64,000 nt of DNA, from positions 2,976 through 66,975 of the forward strand of contig JBNKUM010000067.1 in assembly GCA_050298595.1 (NCBI GenBank), read 5' to 3'. The notes under the pieces were generated by a model that saw only the letters and a list, made by a program, of their open reading frames with translations, did not search any database and had not been told where the DNA came from. Both the position numbers and the translations under genes were made by a program. This DNA comes from Gammaproteobacteria bacterium (GTDB lineage: Bacteria; Pseudomonadota; Gammaproteobacteria; GCA-001735895). How positions within the stretch are numbered: position 1 is the stretch's first letter; every line of letters starts with the position of its first letter. Below, piece by piece: positions 1 through 11,800 of the stretch.

Positions 1-215
1 TCGTGACGATATTTGTTATCTTCCAGGCAATTAAAGGTGCTCACATTAGTTTTTAACCAACTGTATTTAAAGGATTAATTCGAAAAGGCGAGATTCGACA
101 TAAATTATGGAGCAAATTGTCATTGGATCATCATCGAAAAACCATCAATCTTCAGACTGATGCGATAACACCATCATGTTGTCATTTAAATCCACCTGAT
201 AAGAGCTTGAACGAC

Positions 216-2015
216 ATGTCTGAATATAAAGTCCCTCATCGAGATATGAGCTTTGTACTGAATGAAGTACTCGATTTACCGGCCCACTATAGTGAGCTAC
301 CCGATTGTGAGGAAGTCACACCAGATCTGGTAGAAGCTATTCTTGAAGAATGCGGAAAATTTTCCGAACGCGTACTTTCACCCTTAAACCAGATTGGCGA
401 CCAGCAGGGTTGCAAATTCAATGATGGCGAAGTTACCACGCCTGACGGTTTTAAAGAAGCATACCAGCAATATTGTGAGGCTGGCTGGCCTTCACTCCCA
501 CATAGCCCCGAATGGGGTGGCCAGGGTCTTCCTGAATCACTAGGTATCTTAGTCAGTGAAATGACGGGGACCGCTAACTGGTCCTGGAGCATGTATACTC
601 ATTTGAGTCATGGCGCCATGAACACTCTGGAGCAGCATGGCACGCAGCAACAGAAGGAAACCTACCTGCCTCCTCTGGTAAGCGGTGAATGGACCGGCAC
701 CATGTGCCTGACTGAACCACACTGCGGCACCGATCTGGGTATGTTGCGTACCAAAGCCGAACCTCAGGAAGATGGTAGCTACACTATCAATGGCAGCAAA
801 ATCTTTATCTCGGCCGGACAGCATGACATGTCCTCCAACATCGTGCATATAGTGCTGGCGCGTCTACCCGGCGCACCCGAAGGTACCAAAGGTATCTCGT
901 TATTTGTAGTGCCCAGACAGTTACCCGACGAACAAGGTAATGCAGGTGCAGCAAACGGCGTTAGCTGCGGCTCTATTGAACATAAGATGGGGATACATGG
1001 CAATGCAACCTGCACCATTAACTTCGATGACGCAAAGGGCTTTTTAATTGGCCCACCGAATAAAGGCCTCAACTGCATGTTTACCTTTATGAATGGTGCA
1101 CGTATAGGCACAGCTGTGCAGGGTCTGGGGCATGCTGAAATGAGTTTCCAGAACTCTTTGACCTATGCACGCGAACGCCTGCAAATGCGCGCACTGACAG
1201 GCCCCAAAGCACCCGACAAAGCGGCCGACCCCATCATTGTGCATCCTGAAGTCCGCAAGATGCTGCTGATCCAGAAATCAATCGCCGAAGGTGGTAGAGC
1301 CATGCTGTACTTCCTTGCCATGCAGGCAGATAAAGCGCTGCGCCTGAAAGATGAAAAGGAGCGTACCGAAGCAGATACCTTATTATCCTTCATGACCCCT
1401 ATTGCAAAAGCTTTTCTGACCGAAATGGGCTTTGAAGCAGCTAATCATGGACTGCAGGTTTTTGGTGGTCATGGCTATATCGCTGAACACGGCATGGAAC
1501 AAAATGTACGCGATTGCCGTATCTCCATGCTATACGAAGGTACCACTCAGATACAGGCGCTAGATTTACTGGGACGTAAAGTTCTGATGACCAAGGGCGA
1601 TTCATTAAAGATGTTCACCAAAATCATCCACCTGTTCTGTAAAGAGCATGCCAAAGACAAGGCGATGAAAGAATTCATCAAACCGCTTGAAGAGCTGAAC
1701 AAGGAATGGGGCTCCATCACCATGAAGATTGGTATGAAAGCGATGATGAACAAGGATGAAGTTGGTGCCGCCTCGGTGGATTACCTGATGTACTCTGGCT
1801 ATGCAGTACTGGCCTATTTCTGGGCGAGAATGGCCAAAACTGCGCAGTTAAAACTTGCCGAAGGTAGTTCTGAGACAGGCTTTTATCAGGCAAAAATCAC
1901 CACTGCTCGTTTTTATTATCAGCGTATGTTGCCGCGCACCCGCAGTCTGGTGGAAACCATGCAGTCAGGCGCAGATAACCTGATGTCGCTGGATGAAGAG
2001 AACTTTTCATTTTAA
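216..2015 (+). CDS. Long-form acyl-CoA dehydrogenase (about 600 aa family). The start at ATG 216 (MSEYKVPHRDMSFVL...) matches the usual N-terminus of this family; the ORF track's TTG at 117 is probably too long.
   Basis: Acyl-CoA dehydrogenase-like sequence throughout; length and N-terminus typical of the large FadE-like ACADs found next to fadBA; directly upstream of SCP2-fadB-fadA. Confidence 0.8.
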   Translation: MSEYKVPHRDMSFVLNEVLDLPAHYSELPDCEEVTPDLVEAILEECGKFSERVLSPLNQIGDQQGCKFNDGEVTTPDGFKEAYQQYCEAGWPSLPHSPEWGGQGLPESLGILVSEMTGTANWSWSMYTHLSHGAMNTLEQHGTQQQKETYLPPLVSGEWTGTMCLTEPHCGTDLGMLRTKAEPQEDGSYTINGSKIFISAGQHDMSSNIVHIVLARLPGAPEGTKGISLFVVPRQLPDEQGNAGAANGVSCGSIEHKMGIHGNATCTINFDDAKGFLIGPPNKGLNCMFTFMNGARIGTAVQGLGHAEMSFQNSLTYARERLQMRALTGPKAPDKAADPIIVHPEVRKMLLIQKSIAEGGRAMLYFLAMQADKALRLKDEKERTEADTLLSFMTPIAKAFLTEMGFEAANHGLQVFGGHGYIAEHGMEQNVRDCRISMLYEGTTQIQALDLLGRKVLMTKGDSLKMFTKIIHLFCKEHAKDKAMKEFIKPLEELNKEWGSITMKIGMKAMMNKDEVGAASVDYLMYSGYAVLAYFWARMAKTAQLKLAEGSSETGFYQAKITTARFYYQRMLPRTRSLVETMQSGADNLMSLDEENFSF

Positions 2016-2066
2016 AGCACAAAACACCCGCTTTAATGATGACACTAAACCCAAAAGGAGAACCCT

Positions 2067-2384
2067 ATGAGTGATGTAACAACGCTATTAGACACCATGC
2101 AACAGCGATTCAGCCCAGACGCAGCAGCCGGAATGGACGCTATTTTTCAATACGATATTACCGATGAAGGTAGCTGGCATATCTCGGTTAAGCAAAATCA
2201 ATGCGAGATTGCACCCGCCGATACCAGCGAAGCCACAGTCACGTTAAGCATGAGCAAAGACACTCTGGCTGAGGTTATCAGTGGTGAAACCGATGGCATG
2301 CAGGCATTTATGATGGGCGATATCACCGCCACTGGCGACGTGATGCTGGCTACACGCCTAAGTGATCTTTTTCCGCTGACTTAA
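2067..2384 (+). CDS. SCP2 sterol-carrier domain protein
   Basis: 105 aa with an SCP2-like fold signature (…GDITATGDVMLATRLSDLF) and a good RBS (aaaaggagaa); lies between the ACAD and fadB. Confidence 0.7.
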   Translation: MSDVTTLLDTMQQRFSPDAAAGMDAIFQYDITDEGSWHISVKQNQCEIAPADTSEATVTLSMSKDTLAEVISGETDGMQAFMMGDITATGDVMLATRLSDLFPLT

Positions 2385-2442
2385 GGCAGTCAGTTACTAA
2401 CACATTTTATAAATAACTACTCTGATAAAGGAGACATATGCC

Positions 2443-5783
<3,341 letters not shown>

Positions 5784-5793
5784 GCAATATCCA

Positions 5794-5830
5794 CTGGTGA
5801 CTATGGCCCGAAAGCCATGGTCACCATTTA
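5794..5830 (+). terminator. Rho-independent terminator of the fad operon
   Basis: 13-bp stem tggtgactatggc/gccatggtcacca (one mismatch), loop ccgaaa, followed by a T-rich stretch about 10 nt after the fadA stop. Confidence 0.7.
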
Positions 5831-5960
5831 CAACTTATATCACCAAAACTGCACTATCCTCCCACGGACTGGTTGCTATCAGCTTGACCGGGCATTCAAG
5901 CTAGATATTTGGAAACATAGTCTCTATACTTTCCAGATTAACAAATCGGGCTAAAAAGCT

Positions 5961-6662
5961 ATGGACTTCAACGCTTTATCTAAACGACTTATCACAATTG
6001 GTTTGCTTATCTTTTTAAATGCCTGCGCAGAAGATGGGGCCGAAAAAGATTCAAGGGTTGTTATTTCAGATTCTGATGTAATTTCTGATCTTACTGACTT
6101 ACAGTATCAACTGCCCATAGTCGTTCAGGTAGCTGACTCAGATGGATCTCCTCAGGCAAATGCAGAGGTGAAAATAACCTTAACGACCCTGGGCTACTAC
6201 AAAGGCTACTATACTTATCAGGATATCAAGCTGCCACTTGACGGCACCCCTGAGCAATGGGCAGAATTTACATCATCCGTCCTGTGTCCTGCTGAAGACA
6301 TTAACAATAATTTAATGATGGATGCGGGAGAAGATCTCAATGGAAACGGCCTGTTGGAACCAGAAACACCCACCATTACCACACACCCTTCCGAGATACC
6401 AACCCTGATAGCCGGCACATCTACCCTGATCACTGACAGCAATGGCTTTGGGTATTTCACTATCACTTACCCTAAATCTGAAGCCCATTGGGTTAGATAC
6501 AGGCTGACAGCAACTACTCAAGGTGGTTTATCTGAAAATAGAGATGTTTTCGAACGTAATTTACCAGTCTCTGTAGCCGATTTGGAAAAACCGCAGAATG
6601 AACCGCCAGCCTTTATGAAAAGTCCTTATGGTATCACCGCCAACTGCGCCAGCACTAACTAA
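5961..6662 (+). CDS. Predicted lipoprotein, function unknown
   Basis: Signal peptide with lipobox (LIFLNAC); Ser/Thr/Asp-rich mature part; no recognisable enzymatic motifs. Confidence 0.5.
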   Translation: MDFNALSKRLITIGLLIFLNACAEDGAEKDSRVVISDSDVISDLTDLQYQLPIVVQVADSDGSPQANAEVKITLTTLGYYKGYYTYQDIKLPLDGTPEQWAEFTSSVLCPAEDINNNLMMDAGEDLNGNGLLEPETPTITTHPSEIPTLIAGTSTLITDSNGFGYFTITYPKSEAHWVRYRLTATTQGGLSENRDVFERNLPVSVADLEKPQNEPPAFMKSPYGITANCASTN

Positions 6663-6852
6663 AACAACCCAAAAGAAACCGAACTCGACATAATTTAACA
6701 GCCATTTAATCTAATTAAATAGCTATTAACTGGTAGATTCAGTCATTTCATCCAGCAGCTTTTTGGGATGAATCAGGGCATCCAGCTGGTTATCGTAAAT
6801 CTTGCCCAATAACTGAGCCACATGTTAAATCTTTATTTTTTATCTGACTTGA

Positions 6853-7112
6853 ACCTAGAATCCGCAGTTGGACGAATTGTAGTGCGTTTGTGGTGGTAAC
6901 GCAGAGATACGCCGCCTCAAACGTGCAATTCAGCTCGTAGCGGGACTCACCTGTTGGGTTTTCAGCATGGATGCTGTTATTTCGCGAATGCATGGAAGCA
7001 TAGGAGCGTGAAAATACAAACTGACTATGATCGTTTACGAAACAGTGGGTTACTCTCCAATGCGAGCGGTTAACTGCGGAATCCAGGTTAAAGGGAGTTG
7101 CTATCACCTAAG
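6853..7112. repeat. Noncoding repeat element, copy A. It has a roughly 110-nt conserved core (6895-7010) flanked by imperfect inverted repeats, gaatccgcagttgg and aactgcggaatcc.
   Basis: The core is about 85% identical to 40246-40350 (caattcagctcgtagc…ggttttcagcatggatg.tgttatttcgcgaatgcatgga); in the two copies open frames are kept in different phases, which argues against coding. Confidence 0.6.
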
Positions 7113-7150
7113 AGATTATGACCCTTTGATGCTATTGATCAACTACTAAA

Positions 7151-7231
7151 AGATTATCCACGAAGCACACGAATATAAACCTCTATTAATCTTCTTGCTC
7201 TTCATGGTTAATAATACTTTCTAACCATGAG
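7151..7231. repeat. Short hairpin repeat flanked by inverted repeats (attatccacgaag … cttcatggttaat), related to the element at 12643-12773.
   Basis: Shares the motif ccacgaag.acac…aaacctctattaatcttc with 12643-12700; imperfect terminal inverted repeats. Confidence 0.45.
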
Positions 7232-7279
7232 AAAAGTATTCAATATAGGTTGTCCATGTTTGCATTAAATCCCTGAAAT

Positions 7280-7696
7280 TTATACTCCACTGTGTGAGTC
7301 ATTACTCGGCAGCAGGCTAGCAATAATCTTATCAACATCGTCGTAATCCTTTCCTTCATCCTCTACCGGGCAATTGTAGGTTACGAAGAGCATCAGCTGT
7401 CCACAGCAGAGATACCATTCACACCAATATTCTTCTTTAGTTGAATAGTCAAACCAGAATCCATGAAAATCATCCAGATCCAGCTCCTGTGGACTCGCGC
7501 CAGCTTGAAGATCTTCTTCTGCAATATGCATGAGATCATTCGGGGTTAATTCTTTATCGTGAATCACCGAACTGATGTGAACTTCGCCATGAGCGTTTTC
7601 GCCAAACAATACATCAATGCCTTCCTCATTGTCGTACTCCGAGTCCCAGGTGTCAGGTATGCTGACGGTAAAGTAGTTGCCTTGATGGATTTTCAT
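7280..7696 (-). CDS. Hypothetical acidic protein (138 aa)
   Basis: Open frame with reasonable codon usage; very acidic (runs of D/E) with a conserved-looking CEWYLCCG motif; no family recognised. Confidence 0.4.
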   Translation of the reverse strand: MKIHQGNYFTVSIPDTWDSEYDNEEGIDVLFGENAHGEVHISSVIHDKELTPNDLMHIAEEDLQAGASPQELDLDDFHGFWFDYSTKEEYWCEWYLCCGQLMLFVTYNCPVEDEGKDYDDVDKIIASLLPSNDSHSGV

Positions 7697-7818
7697 AATG
7701 TGAATCTAATGATTGGGAGGAATGATCTGCATATTGTACAGCAGCTTGTTCACTCGGGCGAAATATCACAGCCGGTATGAGCGACTATTCCTGTATCATC
7801 TAAGGCTTTTAGTCTACC

Positions 7819-8829
7819 TTGATTTGTGTGATTCTCGCTCCCGAAAATAGCCCTGTGCCAGATTCTATTACTCCGCCTGCAAGAATTTTACTTGCACCTA
7901 TGGAAAGTGTGATCGATTTTAATATGCGCCACTTGTTGACGAAGATTGGGAGCTTTGATCGATGTGTGACTGAATTTATCCGGGTCACAAACACCGTATT
8001 GCCTGCTCGGGTATTCCAGCGTTATTGTCCCGAGCTGCATCAGGATAGTCGTACCAGCAATGGCACACCCGTATTTGTACAACTGATGGGTGGCGATCCA
8101 TTGATGATGGCAGCAAATGCCAAACGAGCCTCAGAACTGGGTAGTGCCGGTATTGATCTTAATTTTGGCTGCCCGGCAAAAACTGTCAACCGAAAAGACG
8201 GTGGCTCTATTTTGTTACAGACACCCGCACGAGTGAAGGCTATCGTACAGGCTGTGCGGGATATTGTTCCTGAGACCGTGCCGGTTAGCGCAAAAATCAG
8301 GTTGGGTTTTGATGACAGTCGTTTACTCACACAGCTCTGCACTGGAATAGAGCAGGCTGGTGCCGATGAACTCTGTATCCATGCCCGTACAAAGCAGGAT
8401 GGTTACAAACCGCCTGCATACTGGTCTCAAATAAAACCTGTCCGTGAGTTGCTTTCCATACCTGTAGTGGTCAACGGTGAAATATGGAATCCACATGATG
8501 CCGATAAGGCAATCTATGAAAGCCAATGTAGCGACCTGATGCTCGGCCGTGGCGCTATTGCCTGTCCCGATCTGTCGATGCAAATCCGCGCTCGCTTATC
8601 AGGAGTCGAATATACGCCATTACAATGGCCAGAGATTGTGGAGTTATTGCAGCAATCATTCGATAGTACCGTACATGTACGACAGAAACATACCGGTAAT
8701 CGTCTTAAACAATGGCTGGTTTATCTTAAACGACAATACCCCCAGGCTGGAGAGCTTTTGCAATCCATTAAGCCACTCAAGGAAATTCATGCGATTAATG
8801 TTGCAATCGAAAGGCATCGTTCACGGTGA
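7819..8829 (+). CDS. dusC: tRNA-dihydrouridine(16) synthase, DusC-like
   Basis: Close to E. coli DusC along its length (LLAPME…CITEF…FVQLMG…DLNFGCPAKTVN…KIRLG…ARTKQDGYK…NGEIW). The true start may be downstream of 7819, since the DusC-like N-terminus begins around ILLAPMESV. Confidence 0.85.
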   Translation: MICVILAPENSPVPDSITPPARILLAPMESVIDFNMRHLLTKIGSFDRCVTEFIRVTNTVLPARVFQRYCPELHQDSRTSNGTPVFVQLMGGDPLMMAANAKRASELGSAGIDLNFGCPAKTVNRKDGGSILLQTPARVKAIVQAVRDIVPETVPVSAKIRLGFDDSRLLTQLCTGIEQAGADELCIHARTKQDGYKPPAYWSQIKPVRELLSIPVVVNGEIWNPHDADKAIYESQCSDLMLGRGAIACPDLSMQIRARLSGVEYTPLQWPEIVELLQQSFDSTVHVRQKHTGNRLKQWLVYLKRQYPQAGELLQSIKPLKEIHAINVAIERHRSR

Positions 8830-8889
8830 ATTCACTTAACTCAGTGCCAAACATAAGGTCTGCCACCTAAGGACATACTACTTTCACCA

Positions 8890-11800
8890 TTATTTTAAAT
8901 ACTGTTTTATAAAAGTACTTATCCCCTCAAGATCAAACCCTTTGGCCAGTTTGTTAAGCTTTCGGGCAAAAGAAATGTAAACCTCATTCTCTGCTTGCAG
9001 ACGAGAGGCCAGCTCCTGTATTTCAAAGACTTGTCCTATATCGGCTAACTGATACAACTCACGCAGCTGGTCGCTGGGCGGTGCAACCAGTGCTGCCTCG
9101 TGGTCGCTTTCTTCCTCAGCGTATACCAGGGTCAATCCCAGTTGCTTTTCCAGGATGTGGTAGATCTCATCGAAGCGGTAGGGCTTGCTGACGTAGTCAT
9201 CCATGCCTGATGCACGTAAGGTTTCCTCCTCCTCTTTTAGGGCGGATGCGGTAACGGCGACGACCTTCACCTGGTCCCCACCCGGCAATTCGCGAATGCG
9301 ACGGGTGGCCTCGTCCCCATCCATGACTGGCATGCGTCTATCCATCAAGATCAGGTCTGGCCTCCATTGCTGGAATATCTGTATACACTCTTCGCCGTTC
9401 TGCGCCACCTTTACGTCCAGGCCGAGGTCAGTCATCACCCTGGCGAGCAGGATTTGACTGTCCCGCTGATCCTCGGCGATCAGGATGCGGCGGGTGGCCT
9501 GCCCCGGCGCGAGGCCTGCCACTGCTCCGTGAGTTTCAGCACTGAGGCGGATCATCTCCGCTTCATCGGGCTCATTCAGCGGCAGATCGACGCGAAACAG
9601 CGAGCCCTGGCCCGGTTTGCTTTCAACGGAGACACTTCCACCCATCAGTTGCACGAACTGGCGCACGATGGCAAGTCCCAGGCCGGTCCCCTCCTGCGAA
9701 GAAGTGCCTGCGGACAGCTGTTCGAAAGGCTTGAACAGACGCCGTTGATCCTTTTTGCTAATCCCTGGGCCATTATCCTCGACCTCGATCAGTAGATGGT
9801 GATGGGCATTGTGTTTGCTGCGCAGGCGCATGGTTACGCTGCCCTGTTTGGTGAACTTCACCGCATTGCTCACCAGGTTGACCAGGATTTGCCGTAGCCG
9901 CGCCTCGTCGCCCTTGATGTAGCGAGGAAACGCTGACGACTGATCCAGCTCTAGTTGCAGCCCCTTCTGTTGCGCCTTCAGTCTCATCATGTCACTTACC
10001 TCACGCACCAGTTCATGCAGGTCAAAGGTGGAGATCTCCAGTTGCTGTTTACCCGCCTCAATCTTGGAGATCTCCAGTACATCGTTGATCAGCTTGAGCA
10101 GGTGATCGCCACTTTTGTTGATGATTTCCAGGTTTTCCCGCTGGCTGGAATTCAGAGACTGGTCCTTACGCATCAGTTGCGAGAAGCCGAGGATGGCGTT
10201 GAGTGGGGTGCGCAACTCATGGCTCATGTTGGCGAGGAAGGTGCTCTTCGCTTTGTTGGCCGCCTCTGCCGCATCACGCGCCAGGCGCAGCTCATCAGTA
10301 CGTTGCTGCACCAGCTCTTCCAGCTCATCCTTGTGCCGACGTAACGTCTCCTCTGCCTGTTTTTGATAGGTGATGTCGTGTGCAATCCCCAGCACGCTGA
10401 CCACCTTGTCCTCCTCATCGTGCTCTGGCGCATACAGGACTTCAAAAGTGCGCGGACCGTCGACCGTTTGCCATTGCATCTGAAGCTTCTGTGTTTGTGC
10501 GGTCGCAAACACCTGAAGGATGGATTGCTCAAGTTCGTAATTTATTGCGTCATCACCCGGCTTACCAATTTGTGTCGGGCTTTTGCCGATGAAGGTCTTG
10601 CGCGGGATGCCAAACGTTTTTTCTACAGACGGATTGACGAACAGGTGACGGCAGTCAGGGGCGAAACGGGTGATACAGTCAGGCAGGTTCTCGATCAGTG
10701 TGCGATAGTCTCGCTCTCGCGCTACCAGTGTCTGTTCTGCAAGTTTGCGCTCGCTAATATCCCGTACCAGGGCAAGATTATAACTCTGTTCGGCATATTC
10801 AATGAAATTGGCGCTAATTTCGACCGGTATGATACGCCCATCCTTTGCTCTATGCCGTCCCTCGAAGGTGATTGATCTCTTTTCCTGCAGATCCCGCCAA
10901 TGCTCCGGCCAGCGAACGGCCGGCCAGTCAGGGTCGATATCCTCCACGCCAGAAGCAAGCAATTCATCGTGAGAATAGCCCAGAATGCGACAGGCCTCCT
11001 CGTTCACGAAGTGGAATCTGGCCCTTTCGTCGATCAGGAATGCCGCTTCATGCACACTATTCAGGGCAAAGCTCAGCAGAGTGACCTGATGTTCGGTCTG
11101 CTTACGCTCTGTGATATCTTCCGAAATCCCCAGTAGATAGACAGGTAGTCCCTCTTTGTTACGCAGGGCAAGTTTTCTGGTATGCAGAATGCGGGTGCCG
11201 TTTACCGTTTCGACAGGCTCTTCCGGGATGTCCACTACACCCGTCTGAGTCAGCACATCACGGTCCTTGCTAATGAAGAAATCGGCCTGTTCCTTCGGAA
11301 AGAAGTCGTAATCATGCCGTCCCAGCAACTCTTCGCGACTAAGTCCCAACAGTTCCTGACCTGTACGGTTGAAGCGGATGAAGCTGAGATCTGATGCACG
11401 TTTCAGAAAGACCATTACCGGGAGATTGTCGACGATGTCGTCGAGCAGGTTTCGGCTCTCCGTGAGGGACCTGTTTAGTAGCAGCATGCCGATGCCAAAG
11501 AACAGCAGTAGCGTAAACACCACCGCGACGGCAACAACCTTGTCTCGGTAAAGTTCGTAAAAGTTTACCGGACGGTTAATAACGACCGAACCTTCAGGCA
11601 GAGACTTATCTTGCAGGTCGAAGCGCTGCAACTGCTCGTAATCGAAGAGGTAACGGTTCGCACTCTCCCATTCGATCGGGATTGAGTCTGCTTCTTCACC
11701 ATTGAGGATACGTATAACCTGCTGGGCTGCCACTTCGCCGTGGGCCTCGCCAGAGGTCAGCTTTCCACCGACAATACCATCGCCAAACATGTAATCCCAG

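Noticed and set aside
117-215. TTG-initiated 33-aa N-terminal extension of the acyl-CoA dehydrogenase
   Set aside because: The family N-terminus (M.[DE]YK.P.RDM.FVL.EV) begins at ATG 216. The extension is probably an ORF-calling artefact.
6790-7107. ORF-track minus-strand ORFs (105 aa at 6790-7107 and 71 aa at 40301-40516) overlapping the two repeat copies
   Set aside because: The conserved nucleotide core is read in different frames in the two copies and the peptides have no coding character. They are treated as noncoding repeats.
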